Origin: an uncultured virus (IMG/VR IMGVR_UViG_3300021256_004112)
Taxonomy: Duplodnaviria; Heunggongvirae; Uroviricota; Caudoviricetes
Strand: one strand, 5' to 3'
DNA length: 64,000 nucleotides
IMG/VR virus record: IMGVR_UViG_3300021256_004112
In this document: positions 20,679 to 30,100 of the stretch, piece after piece
How the letters are laid out: the number at the start of each line of letters is the position of its first letter
How positions within the stretch are numbered: position 1 is the stretch's first letter
Made by a program: the position numbers and the translations under genes
Notes under the pieces: generated by a model
Told to the model about the DNA's origin: nothing
The model's database searches: none
Seen by the model: the letters and a program-made list of their open reading frames with translations, nothing else

Positions 20679-21764
20679 TCATTCCATTGCTTTCACTTTT
20701 TCTTCAATAAACCTTACTTCCTCATCCGACAACCCATATTTCCGATACAACTGCAAATCTATGTCATGAACGGATTTCGTCCAATCAATATCGGACTTAT
20801 CGGTAAAGTCCTGTAAGGGAACATATTTCCAGGTAGGTTTACTATTTAACTGAGTTGCTTTCAAAACACTCAATAACACCCTTACAAATTTGGTTTTTAT
20901 ATACTTGGCACAATAATTAGCTTCAATCAAAGTTTCAAACTTCCCAATGCTAATAAAAGTCGGAGTATTTGATTCAAATGGACCAAAAACCAAAGGCTGA
21001 CTTAATACCCCGCCAAATTTATTCTCGTTAGCCAAAGGAATTATCACTTTGTACTTACTAATATTATTATCATTTAAATGTCTTGGCGTCATATAACACT
21101 TGCGAATCCAACGAAAAACACGTTTATTATTAAACAATCCAAAAATCTTATAATAATTTTCGCTGTCAATTGGCTCATTTTTAAGAAAAATGTCAAAAAG
21201 AACATCAAAAGTATTTGTTCTTAATTCATACTCTTCATTGGAACACAATTTAGTAACATTAGAATTTTTAGCTTTCATATTAGATAACCTAATATTTACA
21301 GATTCAGGATAATCACGCAAAAAAGCATCAGTAAATTTTAAATCTGACCTACCACTATAAACAATTAAGGATAAATCTCCAAGTGTTAACGCATCACTTA
21401 CTCTTTTTATAATTGAATTAAGTTCAGGATATATCGTATAAACACCAATTTTACCGAAAACTTTGCCATCATCGCGATAATGTATCGCAACACCTCCAGA
21501 AATATCCGTAACAGAAAAAATTTTAGAACTATCAGGTTCATATAACAATACTTTAAAATGGTCGTCATTCAATATCTTTTCATTCCAAGCCTTAGATGTA
21601 CTACCAGCATTAAATAAAAATTTCGCAGGTGTTATCATCTCTACTTTACCAGCAATCGTATATGCCGAATCCATAAAAACATCAAAAACAGAAGGCATAA
21701 CCACACTATTCCCTGTTGCTTCTTCCTGATACGGTGGATTGCCGATACAAAAATCAAACTTCAT
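20679..21764 (-). CDS. Second Eco57I-like N6-MTase catalytic half plus target-recognition region
   Basis: Same start MKFDFCIGNPPYQEE as 16615-17688, divergent middle, VPLQDF..IDW..LYRKYGLSDEEV end. Confidence 0.85.
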   Translation of the reverse strand: MKFDFCIGNPPYQEEATGNSVVMPSVFDVFMDSAYTIAGKVEMITPAKFLFNAGSTSKAWNEKILNDDHFKVLLYEPDSSKIFSVTDISGGVAIHYRDDGKVFGKIGVYTIYPELNSIIKRVSDALTLGDLSLIVYSGRSDLKFTDAFLRDYPESVNIRLSNMKAKNSNVTKLCSNEEYELRTNTFDVLFDIFLKNEPIDSENYYKIFGLFNNKRVFRWIRKCYMTPRHLNDNNISKYKVIIPLANENKFGGVLSQPLVFGPFESNTPTFISIGKFETLIEANYCAKYIKTKFVRVLLSVLKATQLNSKPTWKYVPLQDFTDKSDIDWTKSVHDIDLQLYRKYGLSDEEVRFIEEKVKAME

Positions 21765-21804
21765 AGGATACCTCTTTCCTTACATACCATTTACACGTTA
21801 TGTC

Positions 21805-21878
21805 TAAGGAAAGCGTACCAAAACGACCCCTTTTTTCTAAAACGGAAACAGGTCAATACTCGTCTCAAAAGAAGGAAT
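21805..21878 (-). promoter_or_regulatory. Conserved GAGAC-box promoter module
   Basis: CTCGTCTC-N3-AGAAG box with copies at 26921, 32515, 40699 and 54880. In three copies it is followed on the minus strand by TTAG(A/G)N-17-TAYGCT. Confidence 0.6.
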
Positions 21879-22215
21879 GAGGGAATGCTTCCGTCACATT
21901 GTTGAATCCTAATTAACTTTTATCAAGCGCCATTCAACTCCCCGCCCTCCCCACCGAAACGGACAGACTACGGACAAGATACGGACAGTCCCACACAAAA
22001 AAGAAGAATCCGCACCACAATGGCACGGATTTGATGAAATATGCGCATTTTCAAATTGTAGCAGCTAACCGCCGAATTTTTAGTTAATCGTCACCACGAC
22101 CACCTTTTGTTTTATCTTGCTTGACCCTCACTGACCATTTTTCCTTTGTAAACGAAAAAGAAAAGACTCCCAATGGAAAAATCCACGGGAGTCAATTTTT
22201 CTTCTATCTGCTATT

Positions 22216-22428
22216 CTACTTTCCATAGGAAACAGATTCTTGCTCGCCATTTTCATCGTAATCTACAGTTTCGTACCAATCGTGGTGAGTCGGAGTCTGA
22301 ATCGACCAACCCTTTCCTTTCTGTCGGAAAATAATTACGGTCTTCCCATCCTCATTCGTTGCGGAATACATGCCACTTTCCAACGACCGAAGTTTCTCCA
22401 AAGTAACAACTTCTTTCAATTCATTCAT
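22216..22428 (-). CDS. Small hypothetical protein
   Basis: 70 aa, GAGGTG RBS and a TTGACA..TATAAT promoter upstream. Confidence 0.65.
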   Translation of the reverse strand: MNELKEVVTLEKLRSLESGMYSATNEDGKTVIIFRQKGKGWSIQTPTHHDWYETVDYDENGEQESVSYGK

Positions 22429-22506
22429 ATAATCGCACCTCTATCAAAATTTAGTCAACCCATTATAATCATGGAAAAGTTTCTTTGTCAATTTAAGTCA
22501 GCCATT

Positions 22507-23214
22507 TTATTTCCCTTTTTCCGTATCTTTCTTCCAGTCATTAAGCGCAACCTTCAGCCTTTCAATGTCATTACGAAGTCGGTCGTATCGGCTGTCCCAA
22601 ATACCCTTTTGAATCTGCCCGTCCTTATTGGCAATTAAAGGCTTGAATATTTTCGTAAACTCATCATCCAAATGAGGCGGCGACCACATATTAGACCGAC
22701 AGATAAACAGCATATCCCAGGCAACCTTATCAATCTTACTTAAATCGAACGCAGCCGTAAAATTCAATTTTCGGGGCTTGCCGACCTTATAAGAATCAGG
22801 CCAGCCAATCCAATTCCACTTCCCCTTGTATTCATTCATCAACAGGGAATACCAGTTACCGCAATCCAACGCTTCGGTATCTTTTCGACAGTCACTATGA
22901 AAATCAATATTTAAGAAGTTAAACTGCGTATTCCCCGTTTCCCGTAAACGCTGGATTCCGAATGTATATGCGTACTTGTGGCTGTCACACACGCAGATAT
23001 AGGGAATATAATTCAGCCGTTTTACCAAAGCGTATACGGCAGGCTTTACACCAACTTTAAACAAACTATCATCTTCCGCATAACGGGAAATCCAAATCGC
23101 ATCCTGAAGCGATTGAGGGTATTTTTCGTTTGGAATATCGGGGAAGTGTTCGAAGCGATACTGCCCGTTAGCATCTACGAAATAATCCCAGTCTATAGAT
23201 AGTACATTCAGCAT
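22507..23214 (-). CDS. Arginase-like (UPF0489-type) metallohydrolase
   Basis: LSIDWDYF, DSH, NIDFHSD, LDCGNW, SxxWSPP motifs. Confidence 0.7.
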   Translation of the reverse strand: MLNVLSIDWDYFVDANGQYRFEHFPDIPNEKYPQSLQDAIWISRYAEDDSLFKVGVKPAVYALVKRLNYIPYICVCDSHKYAYTFGIQRLRETGNTQFNFLNIDFHSDCRKDTEALDCGNWYSLLMNEYKGKWNWIGWPDSYKVGKPRKLNFTAAFDLSKIDKVAWDMLFICRSNMWSPPHLDDEFTKIFKPLIANKDGQIQKGIWDSRYDRLRNDIERLKVALNDWKKDTEKGK

Positions 23215-23241
23215 AGTTAAGAGTCTCCAATCAATCACCAA

Positions 23242-23514
23242 TTATAAATTTACTTCGTCCCATACAATTTCCGGCGCATCATAGCTGTGGTTTTCCTTAA
23301 TTATCGCAATGACATCCACCAACATTTCCTTTGTACAAAGGACATCCAATTTAAACTCATCCACCAAAATCCGTTTCCCTTTCCTGCGATACCAACTTTG
23401 GACGGAAGACACATGAACGGAAGGAACACCAAGCTGCATTAAAGCGTCGGCAATTACAGTCAAGATTGCTTTATCATCCGAATATGTTGCTACTGCAATC
23501 ATTGTGTTATTCAT
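23242..23514 (-). CDS. cutA: CutA1-family divalent cation tolerance protein
   Basis: VQSWYRRKG...E and ENHSYDAPEIV motifs. Confidence 0.75.
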   Translation of the reverse strand: MNNTMIAVATYSDDKAILTVIADALMQLGVPSVHVSSVQSWYRRKGKRILVDEFKLDVLCTKEMLVDVIAIIKENHSYDAPEIVWDEVNL

Positions 23515-23555
23515 TGAATTATTCCCTTCATTCCTTTCTTTATTGACCCTATTTA

Positions 23556-24164
23556 TTAAACACTTTTGTACCGTTCAAAGTACTTTTCGTTCGCTTGTAG
23601 AATCTGTCGGTATTCCGTTAACAGGTTATAAAATGTTGCCTTTTTCAAGCCAGAACTTTCCAAAAATGTTTTGGAGTCAATCTCTTTTCGTTCCCACTGG
23701 TCGTATAACACTTCCCATTTATCGGGAAACGCCAACCGTTTTCTTCCGGCATTCGATTTCCTATGTTCCGGAATCATTACCGTATGCCCGTCATTTTTCC
23801 CCAGCAATGCCTGTTGCAGAGTCTGTAGTATCGCCTGGTTCATCGGTTGGGAAACACCCCAAATATAGGATGTGTTGAAATTAGCAATGACCAGCATACG
23901 AGGCTTCTTTATAAACCAGTCCAGCCCCGCTGCGATATCCTGTTCATTCAAGCCCAAAGAAGCAAGATTGGTAATCATACAGACATCGTTCTCTGTCATC
24001 GCCTGCTTTATCTTATCCAATTCATAGTAACTTCGTCTCGGCTCTGTACTGATAAGGACATCGGCAAACCGTTGTTTAACCTGGATACTCTGCAAAACAT
24101 ATTCAAAGTGCTGAATATTATCCGTTATCTTTGCGTACAGATAAATCTTACCTAACTGTTCCAT
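23556..24164 (-). CDS. Degenerate serine resolvase-family protein with C-terminal HTH
   Basis: IYLYAKIT in place of YxRVS, ITNLASLG in place of LDRLG; GRK hinge; SGLKKATFYNLL HTH. Confidence 0.7.
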   Translation of the reverse strand: MEQLGKIYLYAKITDNIQHFEYVLQSIQVKQRFADVLISTEPRRSYYELDKIKQAMTENDVCMITNLASLGLNEQDIAAGLDWFIKKPRMLVIANFNTSYIWGVSQPMNQAILQTLQQALLGKNDGHTVMIPEHRKSNAGRKRLAFPDKWEVLYDQWERKEIDSKTFLESSGLKKATFYNLLTEYRQILQANEKYFERYKSV

Positions 24165-24177
24165 AACAAAATTCCTT

Positions 24178-26385
24178 TCACGAAAGCAACTTTTTGAGTT
24201 TTGCCTTCAAGCCGGTACTAAATGTAATACCAAGATGTTCTTCCAACTCTTTACGATTCATTCTGATTTTAGAGTAATTGGCATCCAAAAGCTTTTCTGC
24301 CTGAATCTCACGGGGGAGAAGATTTGCCCATTTAGCCGCTTCTTTTTGTCCCGCCCAATCATTGCTTAATGAAATAGTAACATATTTTTCGTTAATTTGA
24401 AATAAGTGGTTTTCCGAATTGTACATATCATAAATCTTAGCCAGCACTTCATCATAAACCGCTTTTGAGTTATCTGCATAGTCTTCATCCCATGAAAGAA
24501 CCTTCATATAGTCAGGAACATCAAACCCGTAATCCTTAATAATTTGGATGATAATTTCTGAAGACCGCTGCATAAGTTCGGGATAATATTTATCCGTAAT
24601 CCCTTCTTTAGTGACAATCTTATCCAGCTCTGACATCACATACGGAACCATATAGGACAAATACTTCCTGTAAAAAGCCGTACCGATACGCTTCATGTAC
24701 TGCTTACCTAACGCTTCCAGCTCCGAACGGGACGTATCACTGGAAAGACCGATATCATAACTTAAGAACAGCATCCGCTTACGCAATGATTCATCGGGGT
24801 CGCTTATAACATTAGACGCAAAGATAGTTAACGGTTGGTATTCCCGCAAATTATCCTCACAGGAATCGGCTGTACGAATCATCCCGCCGTAAGTCGTCTT
24901 GAAGGATGAAACCACTTCATCAATAAAAATAGGAACACCTTTATGCATAACTTTTTCTACCGATTGAAAAGCGGTCAAATCCGCAGATTTAACTTTTTCG
25001 GATTTATACCCCAAGCGTTTCTTCCCCGTCATCATCTTTAAAAAATAACGTACCATAAAGGTTTTCCCACAATTAGCAGGGGAATTCAACAGCAGATATA
25101 ACGGTAAGCCGGATGTAGCTAAATCCTGTATAAAAGCCGTACACCGAAGCTTTGCGTTAAAGGGGGAAGAGAACATAGCGTTCATCAGTTTAAAATGATT
25201 CCTTTTAGCTTGCTTGACCTTACCGACAAAATTATCGAAATTAGAAAAGACAGCAAGAAGCTCGACAATATCGTTCCGTACTTCTTCATCAGGTGGATTC
25301 AGGAACAATTTCTCATTATCCAAATACACTTCCCCCGTTTCATAATTGGGAATCATTCGGGGATAATTTAAAGAAACTTTCTCAATCGGCATCTTCTTCA
25401 TGCTTTCTTTTTTCGCATTGAATAAATACTTCTTAATAACATTAGGGACAATCGCAATCACATCATTTTTGGCGATTAATTTCATACCCTTGAAAATCTC
25501 TGTTTGATTTTGTTTAAGAATCTCCAAATCCTTATTATGAGCAATGATTTCCATTTTCTCTTCAGGGTCGTCCACTTCCCTTACGATGATTGCTTTTTCT
25601 ACTGTGCTGGTCTGTGCGCTATTGATTATCGGATTATCTTCTATAACTGAAAACTCTTCCGCCTCTTTCCCCAGTAAATCCTTATCGGGAAGTTCTTCCA
25701 TCGGTTTATCGGCTACCCTTTCGACAATCCTTGCGCTGGGAATAATCGGGGTAGACAAGCTCCAAGCGGTTTCAAATTCCAATAAGTAGTTATCATAGGC
25801 AACAGGGTCATCGCTGACAACATAGTTCTCTAACTGATTGAATCCCACCCATGCGGTTGCCGAAATATTGGCAGACGGGATAATAACCCGTTTCCTTCCG
25901 TCGTCGGCTTTCAAGAGGTAAATCTTCCGATGGTCAACCAAAAACTGAGGAAATCTGAGTTCAACTTCTTCCTCAATAACCCGCTTCGCCAATTTTTGGT
26001 TTCGGTTCAAATTCATCTGTACTAAACAGCTTTCCGCAGAGATAGTAGACATTATCATCTGTTCGGTCTGCTTGGCCAATGCCTGATTCATCCGAAAAGC
26101 AACAAAATCAGCGCCTAAGATAATCTGCGCATGTTCAAACTTCTCCGCCAGTCTTGCAACAAAGGAAAAGTTATAAGAGAAGGAAATCACCTTCATTTCC
26201 TGAAACCCGTCAAATAAACTAAGTGGTTCTTCATATGTTGATTCCACATATTTAACCCAATGGCAATGTATCTTATCGTTATCTTCTTTTATATCGTCAT
26301 TTCGACTGACGACTGAAATCGGTTGTAACTCCGCTTCCCCAAACAAATTCATAGATATTTCATCCCGACTTGCCATGTACCGCAC
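24178..26385 (-). CDS. PLD-family nuclease fused to P-loop ATPase (putative defence protein)
   Basis: HRKIYLL...SANIS...NQLE (HKD-like); SPANCGKT Walker A; IFIDE Walker B. Confidence 0.75.
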   Translation of the reverse strand: MRYMASRDEISMNLFGEAELQPISVVSRNDDIKEDNDKIHCHWVKYVESTYEEPLSLFDGFQEMKVISFSYNFSFVARLAEKFEHAQIILGADFVAFRMNQALAKQTEQMIMSTISAESCLVQMNLNRNQKLAKRVIEEEVELRFPQFLVDHRKIYLLKADDGRKRVIIPSANISATAWVGFNQLENYVVSDDPVAYDNYLLEFETAWSLSTPIIPSARIVERVADKPMEELPDKDLLGKEAEEFSVIEDNPIINSAQTSTVEKAIIVREVDDPEEKMEIIAHNKDLEILKQNQTEIFKGMKLIAKNDVIAIVPNVIKKYLFNAKKESMKKMPIEKVSLNYPRMIPNYETGEVYLDNEKLFLNPPDEEVRNDIVELLAVFSNFDNFVGKVKQAKRNHFKLMNAMFSSPFNAKLRCTAFIQDLATSGLPLYLLLNSPANCGKTFMVRYFLKMMTGKKRLGYKSEKVKSADLTAFQSVEKVMHKGVPIFIDEVVSSFKTTYGGMIRTADSCEDNLREYQPLTIFASNVISDPDESLRKRMLFLSYDIGLSSDTSRSELEALGKQYMKRIGTAFYRKYLSYMVPYVMSELDKIVTKEGITDKYYPELMQRSSEIIIQIIKDYGFDVPDYMKVLSWDEDYADNSKAVYDEVLAKIYDMYNSENHLFQINEKYVTISLSNDWAGQKEAAKWANLLPREIQAEKLLDANYSKIRMNRKELEEHLGITFSTGLKAKLKKLLS

Positions 26386-26408
26386 CTCTTTTCCGAAAAT
26401 AAAACTTA

Positions 26409-26475
26409 ATTTATAGACTAAACTTTTTTATATTATATCGACCTTCTAAAAATAAGTCAATATTTATAGACTAAA
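26409..26475 (-). promoter_or_regulatory. Sigma70 promoter flanked by 14-bp direct repeats
   Basis: TTGACT-17-TATAAT on the minus strand between two ATTTATAGACTAAA copies (26409, 26462). Confidence 0.65.
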
Positions 26476-26610
26476 TTTATTTTATTTCCGCAAAAGAAAT
26501 ACCCTATGCCACTAACACACAATGCCATTAAATTATTAAAGAAAAAAATAAATCCCTGCTTATTTCAAAATAAGCAGAGAGCCGTGAATTTCTTAATGTC
26601 ATTATTACGA

Positions 26611-26859
26611 CTAACGCTGTTTAGAATGACAGTGGTAACGCTCGCTGGGACAGTCATTATAACAACGACCACCAGCAACTTTAGTTAATGCTTCGCTATC
26701 CAGCTCAAAGTCGTTCAGCTCCGTTAAATACGCCTCGGCCTCGTCCTTTATCAGCTCGTAGCCCTCGGCTTTCGCCAACGCCATCAATTCTTCGACAGTC
26801 TCGCAGGACATAGCTTTGGCAATCTGTTCTTTCGTCAATTCGTTTTTGTTAATCGGCAT
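26611..26859 (-). CDS. Nif11-like leader peptide precursor (second copy)
   Basis: MPINKNELTKEQIAKAMSCET...ALTKVAGG followed by RCYNDCPSERYHCHSKQR; GGAGG RBS. Confidence 0.85.
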   Translation of the reverse strand: MPINKNELTKEQIAKAMSCETVEELMALAKAEGYELIKDEAEAYLTELNDFELDSEALTKVAGGRCYNDCPSERYHCHSKQR

Positions 26860-27138
26860 TGTAACACCTCCGCAAATATTATATGAAAACATTATAACAT
26901 GACAGCCCAAATTTGCACTACTCGTCTCAGAAGAAGGGATTTGAAGGAAACCGTAAATTATATCCTCTCTCATCGTTTTTGGCTCGCAAAATATAATTTC
27001 ACGGGAATAAAAACATACAGCTATCTTACTATCTTATTGTTATCTTGCCTATCCACCCCAAAAAGGAAGGCAAAATAAAAGAGTGGAAGCCTTTTGCAAG
27101 AACTTCCACTCGGTAAAGGAGAGAACCATGAACGCTAA

Positions 27139-30100
27139 TTAATGTCTCGCATTGTACGCCTGTCCTGCCGCCTGCATATTGGCGTCGTTATCTGCTACTA
27201 CGATATTGTACCCTTTGAGTACTTCCGGTCTGCCTGCTTTACGGGCAATCTGCCGCAGTTCAGGAGCATACTGCTGTACGTGTTCTTTCTTCACATTCCC
27301 GCCTTTAGACAGAGCGTTAAATAACATCTCTGCGTATTCATAACGGGTCATGGGTTTATCACCCTTGAATGTACCATCAGGATATCCCTGCACCATGTTA
27401 TTGCCGTGCAGAGTATCTACGGCGTTCTTTGCCCAATGTCCATTGGGAACATCGGGGAAGGATGCTTTACGGTCGGTAATCAGACTTAAGGAAGACAGCT
27501 TATTAGCCATATCCTGCATTGCCCGTTCCATGTTAGCAATCTTAGCATTCTGTGCTTTTACCTGCTGTTGTAACGCAGATTTGGAAGCACCAGTACCTTT
27601 CGACAACGCATAGCTGATACCGAAGTTCAGCATATTATCGGAATTGCCAACCGTACCACCGACATTCATCATCACACGGTCGCTCGGGCGATAGAACAAA
27701 CCAATAGCGGCTGCCGTCTCACCCTTATAGTTACCCATAGAAGCGGCGATATTCCATTTCTGTGACGGGTCATATTCAATCGGATGCAGACCTGCTAAAG
27801 CGGCAGCCTGTGCGCCAACCGTATCCACACGGTCATCCAACCGTTTAATTTCATTATTCATATCTTTCCCGCCGGCAATGATTTTATCAGCGACTAATGT
27901 ACCGCCAACATTGGCATTACCGTCTACTTTCAGGTCTTTGTGCATGGTTACATTGCCGTCGAATGAGCTGTTACCGCCAACGCTGAAATCTTTGTCTACC
28001 CGACTGCTTCCATGTACATTGGAGTTCCCGTCCACAGTTAAATCACGATGGATAGTGGTATTCCCCGCAATATTGGTATCCCCTGCTACCGACAGGTTCT
28101 TATTCATGGTTACATCGCCGGCGAAGTTAGAATCCCCGTTTACCGTCAGGTTCTGTTCAACGGTATGGTTTCCTTTAACGGTGGAATCTCCCTCAACCGT
28201 CAGATTCTTCTGCATTGTGACATCACCAGCAAAGTTACTGTCACCATTGACTGTCAGGTTCTGCTGAATTGTAGTGTTACCGCCAATGTTGGTATCGCCA
28301 TCTACATCCAAGTTACCTTTCACATCTGCATTTCCGCCGACTTCAAGGTCTTTCTCAATATACCCGTAGATACCCTTGATACGACCGTCTTCATGCATAG
28401 CGGCTTTGGCTTCGTCCCAATTATGTCCACCAGCATACACGCCATGGGCGTCTATATGGGTGCTGTTCAGACCAACACGGATACCCGTTTCGTTGATTTC
28501 TACCTGATGTTCTTCACCCTCATGCCAAATAGACTTATCGAAGTAGGAAGTGCCATTATCGGCATGTAAGTCACCACCGATGTTCACATCACCTTTTAAA
28601 TCACTGTTTCCAGTTACTGTCAGGTCTGCAGGCTTATCATCTGTACCGATGGTGGTATTGCCATCTAACTGGGTCACCCCTGCTACATGCAGGTCTTTAC
28701 CAATATCAGCATTGGAATTCATGAACACATCACCTTTGAGGGTAGATGTTCCTTCTACGGTTAAATCTTTACCAATGTTAGCATTCCCCTGTAAATCACT
28801 GTCGCCCGTTACTGTAGCATTGCCGTTTACCAGCAAATCAGCGGGCGCATCTTCCGTACCAATTGTGGTATTGCCTTTCAGGTTGGACACGCCTTCTACA
28901 GTTAAATCCTTACCGATATTGGCGTTACCTTCCATAGAAGTATCGCCTTTTACGGTAGCATTACCGTTCACAAGCAAGTCTGCCGGAGAGTCTTCTGTAC
29001 CAATTGTGGTGTTACCATCCAACTGAGACTGTCCTTTTACATGTAAATCCTTACCGATATCGGCGTTCCCCTGTAAGTCGGAATCACCTTTTACGGTCAT
29101 ATTGCTTTCAGCAGTTACATCGCCTTTCAAAGTGGAAGTGCCTTCTACAGTCAGGTCTTTCCCAATGGAAGCATTACCCGCTACCGCTAAATCCTTATCC
29201 ATTGCCACATTGTCATGGAACGTAGCCTCTTTGTTGACTTCCAATACACCATCAACCAGTGTATCTTTCAATTCGGTCTTACCCGCTACGGAGAAGTTAC
29301 CCGCTACGGATGCATCAGACCCCATGGTTACTTTACCGTCTAATTTACTTTCCCCTGTTACATGCAGGTCTTTTCCGATATCGGCGTTGCCGTCTACGGT
29401 TAAATCTTTACCAACATGAGCATTCCCCTGTAAGTCAGAATCACCTTTGACGGTCAGATTTTTGCCGATTTCGGCGTTATTATCCATTGTTACATCGCCC
29501 TTGAGATGGGACTTACCTTCTACGGTCAGGTCTTTCTTAATGGTCTGATTCCCATTGATGATGGAATCCCCCAGTACTTCCTGAGAGCCTACTGTGGATT
29601 TCCCGTCAACGGTTTGGTTGCCATAGATATGGGAATTACCCTCGACAGACTGATTTCCTAATACTGTCCAGTTTCCGTTTACCTTACCATTACCTTCTAC
29701 TTCCAAAGAACCGACTGTTGCTTTACCATCTACGTCCAAATTCTTCTTCATAGTAACATCATCATTGAATGTAGATTTTCCGTCAACGGTCAAATCACCT
29801 TCCAGTTTGGTATCCCCTTCTACAGTCAGGTCACCGCCGAACGAACCATCGCCATCCACACGCAAACTTTTCTCCATAGTAACATCATCTTTAAAGGTTG
29901 ATTTTCCATTAACAGTTAAATCGCCGTCTACCGTAGCGTTTTCGGTCACATGTAATGTCTTGGTAGTGGTCGTACCTTTTACTTCAATGTCTTTCTCGAA
30001 AGTAGCATTGTCATGGAAGGTAGCTTCCTTATTTACTTCCAATGTATCCGTATGCAGTTCCTTAATGGTTGCTTTATCGGATTCCAGCTCTTTGATAGTT

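Noticed and set aside
23556..24164. Resolvase-like ORF as the adhesin invertase
   Set aside because: The catalytic Ser/Arg motifs are not conserved.
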